DNA of 64,000 nucleotides, taken from contig CM059432.1 in NCBI GenBank assembly GCA_030390025.1, positions 38,132,001 through 38,196,000 of the forward strand, in the 5' to 3' direction. This document shows, piece after piece, positions 1 to 11,809 of the stretch. The number at the start of each line of letters is the position of its first letter. The first letter of the stretch is position 1. Position numbers and translations under genes: made by a program. The stretch is from Squalus acanthias (lineage: Eukaryota). The notes beneath the pieces were generated by a model. The model had not been told where the DNA came from. It did not search any database and saw nothing but the letters and a program-made list of their open reading frames with translations.

Positions 1-645
1 CAATACAATTTCATACATGATGGAGCTTAAAGCACCCTGAGGTTGTATGTTAAACGATGCTTTTACTTCCTGGGCTTCTGTTTTCTAAGTCCAAATAACA
101 GCTGCATCACACAGAATGGTATTTGTCTGGCTCTTGTTGTGCTAATCTTGTGTGGCCTGCACCTGTAAGCACCGACCCTAACCTACTCTCAGGCTCCATT
201 CATTCAGATACATAAAGCACTCCTTTGTTGACCTGTTTCTATAGTTGCTGGTTGGCCTGGGCCAAAGCGTACCATCTGGTCTACTTGGAGAAAACAGCTT
301 CTGCACAGCTGTTTTTCTGAAAATCATAACGAAGTCCACAGCTAATCATGATTTGGAAAATTGACACAAAGGTTTCAGGAAATTATCTCAGCATTGGAGT
401 CTTGTGCAGCTTTCTGAATACTTGAACAGGAAACAAACCCAACTGTGCTACCTTCATTGCTCATGTGAAAGTACAGTACACAGAGAAAGTCAATGCTTTT
501 GCCAAGGAAATCTATTAAGGTCAAAGCATGACGACTTTTGCTTGTAATGTAAGAAAGAACTTTGTTTTTATTTGTTTGTTCTTGCGAGGCAGCATTTATT
601 GCCCATCCCCTTGTGGCCCCGAGGGCATTAAGAGCCAAGCACATA

Positions 646-1000
646 GGGCTGAATTTTAATGAGGAAGGCGGGTTGGGAGCTGGGGGGGGGGGCGGGGCCC
701 CCGAAGCGGTTGGGAAACCCGGGAGAACATGATTTGCATGGGAAGCCTCTGTTTCCCAACCACAGCCAGCAAGATTGAGAGGCTAGCTGCCTCCAGGCGG
801 GTAGGCCTACGGCACGAGGCCGCAGAAAGGAGGGAGGGCGGCCGGAGGAGCAGTATGGGGGGGTAGCATCTGAGAAGGATCGAGGGCTGGGCCAACACGG
901 GGGTGGGGCAGGTGAGGTCTGAGATGGATCAGGAGCTGGGACAAGCACACGGCGGGGGGGGGGGGGGGGCGTAATCGGGTGAGGATCAGGGGCCGGAGGA
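646..1000. mobile_element. Terminal fragment of a Harbinger-type non-autonomous element (right boundary approximate)
   Basis: Starts GGGCTGAATTTT after ATA; 640-725 is homologous to the reverse complement of about 29560-29655. Confidence 0.4.
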
Positions 1001-1088
1001 GTAGGGAGACAGTGATACAGCAAGATAGAAATGTAGCACAGGAAGACATTGTGAGTATCCAAAGCTGTATCCAAAGCTGTATCCAAAG

Positions 1089-1604
1089 AGTGGCAGGGCT
1101 ATAGTAATAGGGGATTCGATTGTAAGGGGAATAGATAGGGGTTTCTGTGGTCGCGACCGAGACTCCAGGATGGTATGTTGCCTCCCTGGTGCAAGGGTCA
1201 AGGATGTCTCGGCGCGGGTGCAGAACATTCTGGAGGGGGAGGGGGAACAGCCAGTTGTCGTGATACATGTTGGTACCAACGACGTAGCTAAAAAAAGGGA
1301 AGAGGTCCTACAAGTAGAATTTAGGGAGTTAGGAGCCAAGCTAAAAAGTAGGACCTCGAAGGTAGTAATCTCTGGATTACTACCAGTGCCACGTGCTAGT
1401 AAGAGTACAGAGAACAGGATAGTTAGGCTAAATACGTGGCTTGAGCAGTGGTGTAAGAGGGAGGGTTTTAAATTTTTGAGGCATTGGAACCAGTTTTGTG
1501 GTAGGTGTGACCTATACAAAAGGGACGGTCTACACCTGTGCAAAGATGGAACTGATGTTCTCGGGGTAATTTTTGATAAAGCAGTTCGGGAGCATTTAAA
1601 CTAG
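1089..1604 (+). CDS. CR1 ORF1 C-terminal SGNH/GDSL esterase domain (partial)
   Basis: Motifs IGDS, LPGA, HVGTND, DGLHL; frame is open upstream of the ATG at 1170. Confidence 0.9.
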   Translation, partial: SGRAIVIGDSIVRGIDRGFCGRDRDSRMVCCLPGARVKDVSARVQNILEGEGEQPVVVIHVGTNDVAKKREEVLQVEFRELGAKLKSRTSKVVISGLLPVPRASKSTENRIVRLNTWLEQWCKREGFKFLRHWNQFCGRCDLYKRDGLHLCKDGTDVLGVIFDKAVREHLN

Positions 1605-1678
1605 TATGGCAGGGGGCTAGAAACCTATGTAGTGAAATAGAGGAAAGTGAAAGGCAGACAGAAATAAATGGTAAAAGG

Positions 1679-4546
1679 GTGAGGAACAAAAAACAAAGGG
1701 CCAAACTAATTCATAAAAAATGTGAGCATAAAAAAAGCCTGAGGGTTTTATACCTTAATGCGAGAAGCATCAGGAACAAGGTAGATGAATTAGCTGTGGA
1801 AATAGAGGTTAATAATTATGATCTAATTGGGATTACGGAAACATGGTTGCAGGGTGAGCAGGGCTGGGAGCTTAACATACAGGGGTATTCAGTATTTAGG
1901 AAGGATCGACAAAAAAGAAAGGGAGGAGGGGTAGCATTGCTGGTAAAAGAGGGGATAAATGCAATTGAAAGGAAGGATATTAACTCAGTTAATACAGAAT
2001 CTATATGGGTGGAGCTAAGAAATAGCGAGGGGCGAAAAACATTAATAGGAGTGGTATATAGGCCTCCAAATAGTAAAATAGAGGTTGGGGAGGGCATCAC
2101 GAGGGAAATTAGAGAAGCGTGCAATAAGAGCACAGCTGTCATCATAGGTGACTTTAACTTACATATAGATTGGAATAGCCTAATCAGTAAAAATAATGAG
2201 GAGGAGGAATTCCTTGAGTGTTTAAGGGATGGTTATCTGGATCAATATGTCGAGGAACCAACTCGAGAACAGGCTATATTGGACTGGGTACTGTGCAATG
2301 AGAAGGGACTAATTAGTAATCTTGTTGTACGGGGACCCTTGGGTCAGAGCGATCATAACATGATCGATTTCTCACTCGAAATGGAGAGCGAAGAAATTGA
2401 CTCAGAGACTAAGGTCCTGAATTTAAACAAGGGGAATTATGATGCCATTAGACGGGAACTGAGTAGGTCTGATTGGACAACGTTCCTGGGAGGACTGGAG
2501 GTAGATAAACAATGGCAAGCATTTAAAGATAGAATGACAAAATTGCAAAAATTGTTTATACCAATCTGGCATAAAAGGAAATCTAAAAAGGTGACTCAAC
2601 CGTGGATAACAGGGGAAATTAGAGACAGCATAAAATCCAAAGATAGGGCGTATAAAATAGCCAAAAAAAGCGCCAGAGCGGAAGATTGGGAACAGTTTAA
2701 GATAGAGCAAAGGAGGACAAAGGGCTTAATCAAGAGGGGCAAAATAGCTTACGAAAGCAAGCTGGCGGAAAATATAAAAACTAACTCCAAAAGCTTTTAT
2801 AAGTATATCAAGAGGAAAAGACTGGTGAAAACCAAAGTTGGCCCATTGCAGTCAGATACGGGGGAATATATAACGGGAAATAAGGAAATGGCAGACCAAC
2901 TAAATGCATACTTTGGGTCAGTCTTTACGAAGGAAGACACAAAAAACCTCCCTGGGATATCGGGAAAAATAGGGACATTGGCAAAGGAGGAACTGACGCA
3001 AATCAATATCTCTAAGGATATGGTGTTAAGGAAGCTAAAGGGATTGAAGGCAGACAAATCCCCAGGGCCTGATAACATGCATCCTAGGGTACTGAAGGAG
3101 GTGGCCCTAGAGATAGCGGATGCACTAAGTATGATTTTTCAGAATTCATTAGACTCGGGAACAGTGCCCATGGATTGGAGGGTAGCTAACGTTACCCCAC
3201 TATTCAAAAAGGGGGGTAGGGAAAAAGCAGGTAATTACAGACCTGTAAGCCTTACATCAGTTGTGGGCAAAATGCTGGAGTCCATCATTAAGGATGAAAT
3301 AGCGGAGCACTTAGCAAATGGGGACAGGATAGGACAGAGTCAACATGGATTTACAAAGGGTAAATCGTGCTTGACTAATCTATTGGAATTTTTTGAGGGA
3401 GTAACTGGTAAAATAGATGGGGGAGAGCCAGTAGATGTGGTGTACCTGGACTTCCAAAAGGCCTTCGATAAGGTCCCACATAAAAGATTAGCAGGGAAAA
3501 TTGAAGCTCATGGGATAAAGGGGAAAGTATTGACGTGGATAGAGAACTGGCTGTCAGATAGAAAACAGAGAGTTGGAATAAACGGCTCATTTTCTGAATG
3601 GCAGGCAGTAACAAGTGGGGTACCACAGGGATCTGTCCTGGGTCCCCAGTTGTTCACAATTTACATTAATGACCTGGATCAGGGAGTCGGATGCAGCATT
3701 TCCAAATTTGCAGACGACACTAAACTAGGAGGGGGGGTGGGCTCAGAGGAGGAGACCAGGAAGCTCCAGAGCGATTTGGACAGACTGGGTGATTGGGCGG
3801 ATAAATGGCGGATGCACTATAATGTGGACAAGTGCGAAGTTATCCACCTTGGGTGCAGGAACGGGAGGGCAAATTATTATTTAAATGGCAATAAATTGGG
3901 AGAGGGGGAAGTACAGAGAGACCTGGGTGTTCTTGTACACCAGTCACTGAAGGCGAGCATGCAGGTGCAACAGGCGGTCAAGAAGGCAAACGGTATGCTG
4001 GCCTTCATAGCAAAAGGGTTGGAATACAGGAACAGGGATACCTTGCTGCAGCTGTACAGGGCACTGGTGAGACCACACCTCGAGTACTGTGTACAGTTTT
4101 GGTCGCCTCATCTGAGGAAAGATGTTCTTGCCATGGAGGGGGTGCAGCGGCGATTCACCAGGCTGATACCAGGAATGGCGGGATTGACCTATGAGGAGAG
4201 ACTATGTAGTTTAGGGATGTACACACTGGAGTTTAGAAGATTGAGAGGGGACCTCATAGAAGTGTATAAAATTCTGACAGGTCTAGACAGACTAGATGCA
4301 GAAGGAATGTTTCCCTTGGCGGGTGAGAACAGAACTAGAGGACATAATTTAAGGATAAGGGCTAAACCATTTAGGACAGAAATGAGGGGGAATTTCTTCA
4401 CTCAGAGGGTGGTGAACCTGTGGAACTCATTGCCACAGAGGGCAGTGTACGCCAGCTCATTAAATATATTTAAGAGGGAATTAGATATATTTCTACAGGC
4501 AAAAGGGGTTAAGGGTTACGGAGAGAAGGCGGGGACGGGATACTGA
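1679..4546 (+). CDS. CR1 ORF2: APE endonuclease + reverse transcriptase
   Basis: 955-aa ORF with LNARS, ITETW, GDFN, SDH, YRPVSL, DFQKAFD, PQGSVLGP, FADD; frame open from 1580. Confidence 0.95.
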   Translation: MRNKKQRAKLIHKKCEHKKSLRVLYLNARSIRNKVDELAVEIEVNNYDLIGITETWLQGEQGWELNIQGYSVFRKDRQKRKGGGVALLVKEGINAIERKDINSVNTESIWVELRNSEGRKTLIGVVYRPPNSKIEVGEGITREIREACNKSTAVIIGDFNLHIDWNSLISKNNEEEEFLECLRDGYLDQYVEEPTREQAILDWVLCNEKGLISNLVVRGPLGQSDHNMIDFSLEMESEEIDSETKVLNLNKGNYDAIRRELSRSDWTTFLGGLEVDKQWQAFKDRMTKLQKLFIPIWHKRKSKKVTQPWITGEIRDSIKSKDRAYKIAKKSARAEDWEQFKIEQRRTKGLIKRGKIAYESKLAENIKTNSKSFYKYIKRKRLVKTKVGPLQSDTGEYITGNKEMADQLNAYFGSVFTKEDTKNLPGISGKIGTLAKEELTQINISKDMVLRKLKGLKADKSPGPDNMHPRVLKEVALEIADALSMIFQNSLDSGTVPMDWRVANVTPLFKKGGREKAGNYRPVSLTSVVGKMLESIIKDEIAEHLANGDRIGQSQHGFTKGKSCLTNLLEFFEGVTGKIDGGEPVDVVYLDFQKAFDKVPHKRLAGKIEAHGIKGKVLTWIENWLSDRKQRVGINGSFSEWQAVTSGVPQGSVLGPQLFTIYINDLDQGVGCSISKFADDTKLGGGVGSEEETRKLQSDLDRLGDWADKWRMHYNVDKCEVIHLGCRNGRANYYLNGNKLGEGEVQRDLGVLVHQSLKASMQVQQAVKKANGMLAFIAKGLEYRNRDTLLQLYRALVRPHLEYCVQFWSPHLRKDVLAMEGVQRRFTRLIPGMAGLTYEERLCSLGMYTLEFRRLRGDLIEVYKILTGLDRLDAEGMFPLAGENRTRGHNLRIRAKPFRTEMRGNFFTQRVVNLWNSLPQRAVYASSLNIFKRELDIFLQAKGVKGYGEKAGTGY

Positions 4547-4957
4547 ATTGGAGGATCAGCCATGATCTCATTAAATGGCGGAGCAGGCTCGAAGGGCCGG
4601 ATGGCCTACTCCTGCTCCTATCTTCTATGTATCTATGTATCTATGTATTCTAGATTATCCTGTCTTTGGTTTTCAAGCCTTTCATTCTTATGTCATATAT
4701 ATATATATATGAGAAATAATTTCCTAATGTGGAGGATAGATACCAACACAAGCTGGTTAGGTTGAACAGCCAGTTTCTGTGTTGCAATTTACAATGAAAT
4801 GTAATGAAAGCACAGAATTAATTATATAAGGGTAGAATGGGTAATATATTTACAAAGAAAAATAATGCCCTAGAAGCATCTGTTAGGCTGCTGATGAGGT
4901 TTATTGAAGCGATTGCACATTGGTGTCCAGCCATCTGAATCAATGTCTAGAGTCATA

Positions 4958-5973
4958 GGGGTAGAAATTAGGTCGCGCCCCATTTGGGGCGCAAATATCG
5001 TCCGGACGCAAATATTAGCGCCTGGCGCTAATTATCGGCACTGACAGGAAACTTCACTTTTACCTGCCGGATGCAGCGATGCACCGCAAACTGGGAGATA
5101 TTGGCGAGGTCCCCAACAGCAGCTTGGAATGAGCCAGTGGCGTAGAAGTTCAAAGCCACTGTGACCTTCACTGCCACCGACAGAGACGTCCTGGACCTCA
5201 GCTGAGGCTGCAGATCTGGCTGCAGCAGGTGGCAGAGCTCAGTGACCACCTCCTTGCTGTATCGCAGCCTTCGCAAACACAGCTCCTCGGACATATGGAT
5301 GTAGGAGAGCTGTTCACGATATACCCTGGGAGGGTAAGCTCTCCTGTACATGCGCCTGATGGCCCTCCTCCGTCTGGCCATCATTGCCACTCTCTGTCTG
5401 CGTCTCACTATCCTCCGATTCAGCTGGAGCAGGACGACGCCCCCAATCATTGCAGCCCCCATATTCTCTTTGCCAGAAAAGTAATGAGGTACAGCAACTA
5501 AAGTAGCAACAAAGTTAGGATGAACTAGGCAAAACTACCTCACAAAGCGTTGAGTCAATGTAGAAGTCTCTCTCTCTCTCTCTCCGAATCTCTCTCTCTC
5601 TCTCAGAACGAGTGGTGCATAAATGTCGACCACAGAAAAAGACAGGAAGAGGCCCCCTTTAAATAGCGCCCCCCCAGCCCCACACCGATTGATAACGTTC
5701 CAGTCTTCCGGTCGTTGGAAGCGCCAGGCGGTAAGGCAGGGGGCGCCACTCAATTTCCGCTCCGGGGCGCCCCAAGGGCGTTGCACCATGGAATGACGTC
5801 ACAATCTGCGCGCGCAGGTGGTCGCAGCGGTAAGTTTTAGCGCCGCCGCACAATCTCAAGTTAAGTTCCCGAGCGGCGCAAACAGCGCTGCGCCCGGGCG
5901 TTAGCGGCTTAACGCCCCATTAGCGCCCTCTTAAGGCGCTAACAGGAGGCGCAACCAAGTGAATTTTTACCCC
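4958..5973 (-). mobile_element. PIF/Harbinger internal-deletion derivative carrying the transposase 5' part
   Basis: TIRs GGGGTAGAAATT/AATTTTTACCCC, TSD ATA; homologous to 38969-42628. Confidence 0.9.
5028..5462 (-). pseudogene. Truncated Harbinger transposase N-terminus
   Basis: MGAAMIGG...ALNFYATGSFQ, nearly the same as the N-terminus of ORF 40207-41601. Confidence 0.85.
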
Positions 5974-6465
5974 ATAGAGTTATACAGCACAAAAAGAGGC
6001 CCTTCGGCCCATCGTGTCCACGCCAGCCATCAAGCCCTGTCTATTCTAATCCCATTTTTCAGCGCTTGGTCAGTAGCCTTGTATGCTATGGCGTTTCAAG
6101 TGCTCATCTAAATGCTTCTTGAATGTTGTGAGGGTTCCTGCCTCTACCACCCTTTCAGGCAGTGAGTTCCAGATTCCAACCACCCTCTGGGTGAAAAAGT
6201 TTCTTCCTCAAATCCCCTCTAAACCTCCTGCCCCTTACCTTGAAACTATGCCCCCTGGTTATTGACCCCTCTACTAAGGGGAAAAGTCCCTTTCTATCTA
6301 CCCTATCTATGCCCCTCATAATTTTGTACACCTCAATCAGGTCCCCCCTCAGCCTTCTCTGCTCTAAGGATAACAACCCCAGCCTGTCCAGTCTCTCTTC
6401 ATAGCTGAAACGCTCCAGCCCAGGTAACATCCTGGTGAATCTCCTCTGCACCCTCTCCAATGCTA
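5974..6465 (-). mobile_element. CR1 LINE 3' fragment
   Basis: ERVQRRFTRMLPG...RGDLIEVYK with 3' UTR; closely similar to 60380-60878. Confidence 0.9.
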
Positions 6466-6504
6466 TGTATTGGCAAGGTTTCTCTTAGCTCCTAAAGGAA
6501 AAGG

Positions 6505-6945
6505 AAATGAAAGAACTTGTTTAACGAACTCAGGATGTCCAATTTACAGCCATTTAAGCACTTTTGACGTATAGTCACTGTTGTAATGTGGAAATACAGC
6601 AGCCAATTTGTGCACAGCAAGGTCCCACAAACTGCAATAAAATACATTACCTGATAATCTGTATTTTTTCGTGATGTTGAGGGATAACCAGGACACCAGG
6701 AGAACTCCCTTGCTCTTCTTCAAGTAGTGCCATGAGATCTTTTAAGCACACTTGAGAGAGCAGACAAGGCCTTAGTTTAACATCTCACCTGAAAGACAGC
6801 TCTCCGACAATGCAGCACTCCCTCAGTATTGCACTGAAGCATCAACCTGGATTATGTGCTCAAGTCCCGGGAGTAGAGCTCAAACCCATGATCTTTTGAC
6901 TCAGAGTCAAGAGTGCGACCACTGATTCAAGGCCTACACCTAACA
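6505..6945 (-). mobile_element. DeuSINE (SacSINE1/AmnSINE1-like) SINE
   Basis: Matches recalled Deu-domain motifs (GAGGGAGTGCTGCATTGTCGGA, AAGATCTCATGGCAC, CATTACAACAGTGACTA on minus); recurs at 10.2-10.9 and 12.9-14.7 kb. Confidence 0.7.
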
Positions 6946-7084
6946 AGTCTCAATACACATTATTGTGGGCCAGCTTACAAAATCTCAACTGGTCCTGGTC
7001 GTCAGTTTAACTCCTTGAATTGTTTTAATTTGTTCACAGGATATTTAGCTTTGAAAAAACTGCAAGCTGGATACTTTTTTAAAT

Positions 7085-8020
7085 TTGTTTTCAGGATGTG
7101 GGAAATGCTGGCAAAGCTGCATTTATTGCCCATCCATAGTTGCTCTGAGATGGTGGTGGTGGAGCTTCTTCTTGAGTTGCTTCAGTTCTTGTGCTGATGG
7201 GACTCTCACAATGGTGTTCGGTAAATTCCAGGATTTTAACCCTATGATGGTGAAGGAATGGTGGTATAGTTCCAAATCAGGCTAGTGTGTGACTGGAGCA
7301 GAACTTGGAGGTGATGGTGTGCCCATAATCTTTCGGCACTTGTCCTTCATGATGGTAGAAGTTGCGGGGCTGAAACATGCTGTCAAAGTAAATTTGGTGA
7401 ATTGCTGCAGTGCATCCTGTAGATAGCGGACGCTGAAGCAACAGTGTGGTGGTGGTGGAGGGGGCGGATATGGAGTCCAGTGGCAGGGATGTTGATCAAG
7501 TGAACTGCACTGTCCTCGATGGTGTCAAGATTCAAGAATGTTGTTGCAGCTGCACTCATCTAGGTGAGTGGAGAGTATTCCATCACACTCCTGGCTTGGC
7601 CTTGTAGATGGTGGAGAGTGTTTGAGGGGTCAGGAGGTGAGTCACTTGTTGCAGATTACCCAGCCTCTGCCTTGCTACTATAGCCACATTGTTGATATGG
7701 TTGGTCCAGTTAAGCTCTGGTCAGTATGATCCTCCAGGATGTTGATGGCCAGGGCCTTGGCGATGACGATGCCTTTCAAGGACAGGAGAAGATGGTTGGG
7801 TCTTTTCTTGTTGGAGATGGTCCGTGCTTGGCACTTATATTACACAAACGTTACTTGTCATTTGTCAACCCGAGACCTGGATATTGTTCAGTCCTGCTGT
7901 CGGCTGGCATTGGCTGCTTCATTATCGGAGGAGTTGTGAATGGAGTTGACCACTGTGGAATCATCAGCAAACAGGGAGGGAAGGTTTTTAATGAAGCAGC
8001 TGAAGATGGTTGGTCCGAAA
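7085..8020 (-). mobile_element. Degenerate LINE RT/3' fragment of a different lineage
   Basis: Minus-strand GPTIFSCFI...FADDST RT motif with frameshifts. Confidence 0.6.
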
Positions 8021-8159
8021 ACCCATTTATTTGTTGAATTAGTTAAAAAATAGATTACACAGCCCTGAAATACTATTAGGCCCCTAACGTGCCTCCAGCA
8101 GGAGACCAGTAGAACACCCATGGAATTTCAGGGCCCACACCTTTAGGTCCAGTATTCAT

Positions 8160-10110
8160 AGAATTACATAGAATATACATAGAATATACAGCACAGAAAC
8201 CAGCCATTTGTCCCAAATAGTCTGCGCTGGTGTTAATACTCCACACTAGTCTCCTCTCATACCATCTACCTCATCTCAGCCTTTCAGCATATCTTTTTAT
8301 TCCCTTTTCTCTCGTCTAGTTTCCTTTTGAAAGCATCTATGCTCTTTGCCTCAAGCACTTCCTGTGGTAGTGAGTTCCACATTCTAACCACTCTCTGAGT
8401 AAAGAAATTTCTCCTTATTTCCCTATTGGATTTATTAGTAACTATCTTGTATTTATGGCCACTAGTTTTGGATTCTCCCACAAGTGGAAACATTCTGTCC
8501 ACAACTACCCTGTCCAACCCATTCATAATTTTAAAAGACCTCGATCAGGTCACCTCTAAGTCTTCTCTTTGCTAAAGAAAAAAGCACCAACCTGTTCTAT
8601 CTTCCCGATAGCTGTAATTCCTCAATTCTGGTACCATCCTTGTAAATCTTTTTTGCACTTTCTCCTGTGCTTCTATGTCCCTTATTTAGTATGGCGACCA
8701 GAACTATGCACAGTACTCTAAGTGCGGCCTGACCAGGGTTCTATACAAGTATAACATAACTTCAATACTTTTGAATTCTATTCCCCTAGAAATAAATCCC
8801 AATGCTTTTTAGCATTTTTAATTGCTTTGCTGACCTGCAATGCTGCTTTTAATGATTTGTTCACCTGCATCCTTCGATCCCTTTGCTCGTCTATCCCTTT
8901 CAGTTTCTTATTTTCTAAGGCGTAGGTGATGTTTCTATTTTTCCTATCAAAGTGCATCACCTCACATTTATCTATGTTAAAGTTCATTTGCCACTTAACT
9001 GCCAAGTCTGCAAGTTTTTTAATGTCTTCTTGTATTATGTTGCATTCTTCATCAGTGTTAGCTGCACTCCCCAGTTTGGTATCATCTGCAAATTTTGATA
9101 TTGAGTTACTTGTTCCTAAGTCCAAGTCATTACTGTAAACTATGAATAACAGTGGTCTCCGCACTGATCCTTGTGGAACACCGCTTTCTACCTTCCTCCA
9201 ATCTGAATAACTACCCTTTACTCCTACTCTCTGCTTTCTATTTTTTAACCAATTTGCTATCCATTCAGCTATTTGTCCCCTGACTCCACATGCCCTATCC
9301 TTTATCATGAGTCTATCATGTGGTACATTATAGAAGACCTTTTGAAAATCCAAGTATATGACATTTACTACATTACCCTAGTCTACTCTTTCCGTTAGGT
9401 TTTCAAAGAATTCTATCAGGTTAGTTAAACATGACTTAGCCTTTTGGAATCCATGTTGACTATTTTTGTTATATTTTCTGTCTCTAGATGCTCTTCTGTC
9501 ATTTCTTTTAGGCTAGATTCCAGCAGCTTTCCTAAAACTGACATTAATCTGACTGGTCTATTGTTCCCAGGCTTTGTTCTATCTCCCTTTTTATATATAG
9601 GAACAACATTAGCTGTCCGCCAGTCCTCTGGCACCACCTCCTCTTCTATGGAAATTATATATATACATATATATATATAAACTAATGCCTCAGCTATCTC
9701 CTCCCTAGTTTCCTTGAGTATGTGTGGGTGCATACCATCCGGAACTGGGTTTTATACTTTTAGTTTTGCTAGTTTGTCAATTATTTTCTCCTTTTCTATC
9801 CCAACTGTATTAATATTCTTTTTATTCTCATTCTTTAGTGAAGTGTCTATTTTGTTAACTTATTTAGTAAAATCTGTGGCAAAGTAGTTATTCAGTACTT
9901 CTGCCATATCTCCGTTATTACTTGTGGGCTTTTCTTGTTCATCCTTTATTGGCCCTATCCCTATTTTAATTTTCCTTCTGTTGTTTATGTGTCTATAGAA
10001 CACTTTATTATTTCTTTTTATATTCCTTGATAATTTGATTTTGTAATTTCTCTTTGCCTTCCTGATTTTTTTAACATCTCTCTACATTCTTCATATTCCC
10101 TTTTGTCTTT
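8160..10110 (-). mobile_element. Decayed CR1 LINE (RT and 3' end)
   Basis: ORF fragments 9425-9733, 8778-9353, 8284-8526 with CR1 RT motifs. Confidence 0.9.
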
Positions 10111-10204
10111 TCTTTGAATGACTTTCCACCACACACTATTGTTTGCAAATTATAACTAGGTAAATCACAAGGGAGCACCTGCTTTTTAGAAAAGTTTTTT
10201 AACC

Positions 10205-10860
10205 TAAAAGGAAAGAATTTGCGTTTAAATTCTGCCTTTCAGGACATCACAAAGCGGTTACAGCAAATTAAGGACTTTTGAAGTGTAGCCACTGTTGTCA
10301 TTTGTGAAATGTGGTCGCTAATTTGCTCACAGAAAGTTCTCACAAACAGCAATGAGATAATTGACCAGAAAACCTGCTTTAGTGATGTTGGTTGAGGGAT
10401 AAATGTTTGTCCTGACACCAGGAGACCTCACCTGCTCCTTTGCGAAAAAATCTTTCACGCCCACCTGAAACATAGAAAAAACATAGAAAAATAGGAGCAG
10501 GAGTAGGCCATGCAGCCCTTCGAGCCTGCTCCGCCATCAATATGATCATGGCTGATCCTCTATCTCAATACCATATCCCCGCTCTCTCCCCATACCCCTT
10601 GAAGCCTTTGTGTCTAAAAATCTACCTATCTCCTGCTTAAATATATTCAGTTCCTTCTTAAATATATATCTGAACAGGCAGATGAGAACTTAGTTTAACA
10701 TCTCAGCCAAAAGACGGCACCTTCAACAATGCAACACTCCCTCAGTACTGCACTGAAGTGCCAGCCTAGATTATGTGCTCACGTCTCTAGAGTGGGGCTC
10801 AAATCCACAACCTCTGACACAAAGGTGAGAGTGCTACCACTGAGTCAAGGCTGACACCCA
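10205..10860 (-). mobile_element. DeuSINE-like SINE interrupted by a short CR1 3' end (about 10470-10660)
   Basis: Homologous to 6505-6945; internal CR1 stem-loop and tail. Confidence 0.7.
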
Positions 10861-11335
10861 GCACCGTGTAATTCCCCATGTCTGAGTCACAACAAAGATG
10901 CTCCATCCTCCGCAATCAGTTCTTTTTCTAGATAACTTGAGGGTAAATGAAGAAATCAATATTGTTTGTACTCTATTTTCTTTTGCATTTTTCCCTTTAC
11001 AATACCCTTAATCCTCTGTGCTCCAGAAACAGTTCCATCTAGCGTATGGTTTCTCTAAGTCTGCGAATCTTCTCCCCCTCATCTCTTCTGCAGGCACTGA
11101 TTCCTCGCTAGGTACAATTCGAACTTTTTCTGATATCTCACCTGAGCGGCCATTTCTCATGTGAGTGCTGATGGATTATTTGACTGTGGGGTTGGAGAGG
11201 TGGTTTCACAGTCAATGCTCGTGCTTTCCTCACCTACCGTTCATACACTTCCAACTGGAGGAGCTGAATAGTGACCAGGAGCAGGTACCCTAGACCAGTG
11301 TCTTCTCCCTAGACCAAGGGAGCATCCGTACCATT

Positions 11336-11809
11336 GGCCCAACATTTGTGATCGGAGGCTTCCTGCAGGCGGATGCCTCCGACCTGTAAAATATCTACGC
11401 ATTTAGCTTGTGGCCCGGGAGATATGTAGGCTTGTGATCCTGGGCCTCTCTGGATTCGCAAGCGCCCCTGGGATCACGTGGGCCGGCCCAACCAATAAAA
11501 GAAGGGAATCCCCATTCATACTTATAGGAGTTCCGTACGTACGGAACGCCCATAAGTATGAATGGGGATCACTTAAAAAATACACTAACACATGAAATTT
11601 TAAAAAATTACATGTTTAAAATGAATTAAAATGCCATTTATTTAATATTTTAAACAAAAATTTAATTTTTGAATTTTTTAATATGTTTTAACGGGGCTAA
11701 AAATAAACTTACCTTATTAGACTTCGCATGCCTAAACCTGGAACTTGTGCGGCCCCTACGGGCGCATGCGCACCTTGTACGCACTCGTCGGGGTCGCAAA
11801 ATACGGCCC
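11336..11809. mobile_element. Harbinger-type MITE
   Basis: GGCCC...GGCCC imperfect TIRs, TSD ATT; homologous to 30826-31574. Confidence 0.7.

Larger units (their letters stand above)
1087..4650 (+). mobile_element. CR1-clade (HER1-like) LINE, 5'-truncated inside ORF1, ORF2 intact
   Basis: Esterase ORF1, APE-RT ORF2, 3' stem-loop GGCGGAGCAGGCTCGAAGGGCC and (CTATGTAT)n tail. Confidence 0.95.

Noticed and set aside
244..644. Possible host exon or ORF 375-644
   Set aside because: Stops in all plus frames and no recognisable protein motif
8061..8135. 75-bp mini-MITE with CAC flanks
   Set aside because: Only a 10-bp inverted repeat and no second full copy; too weak to call
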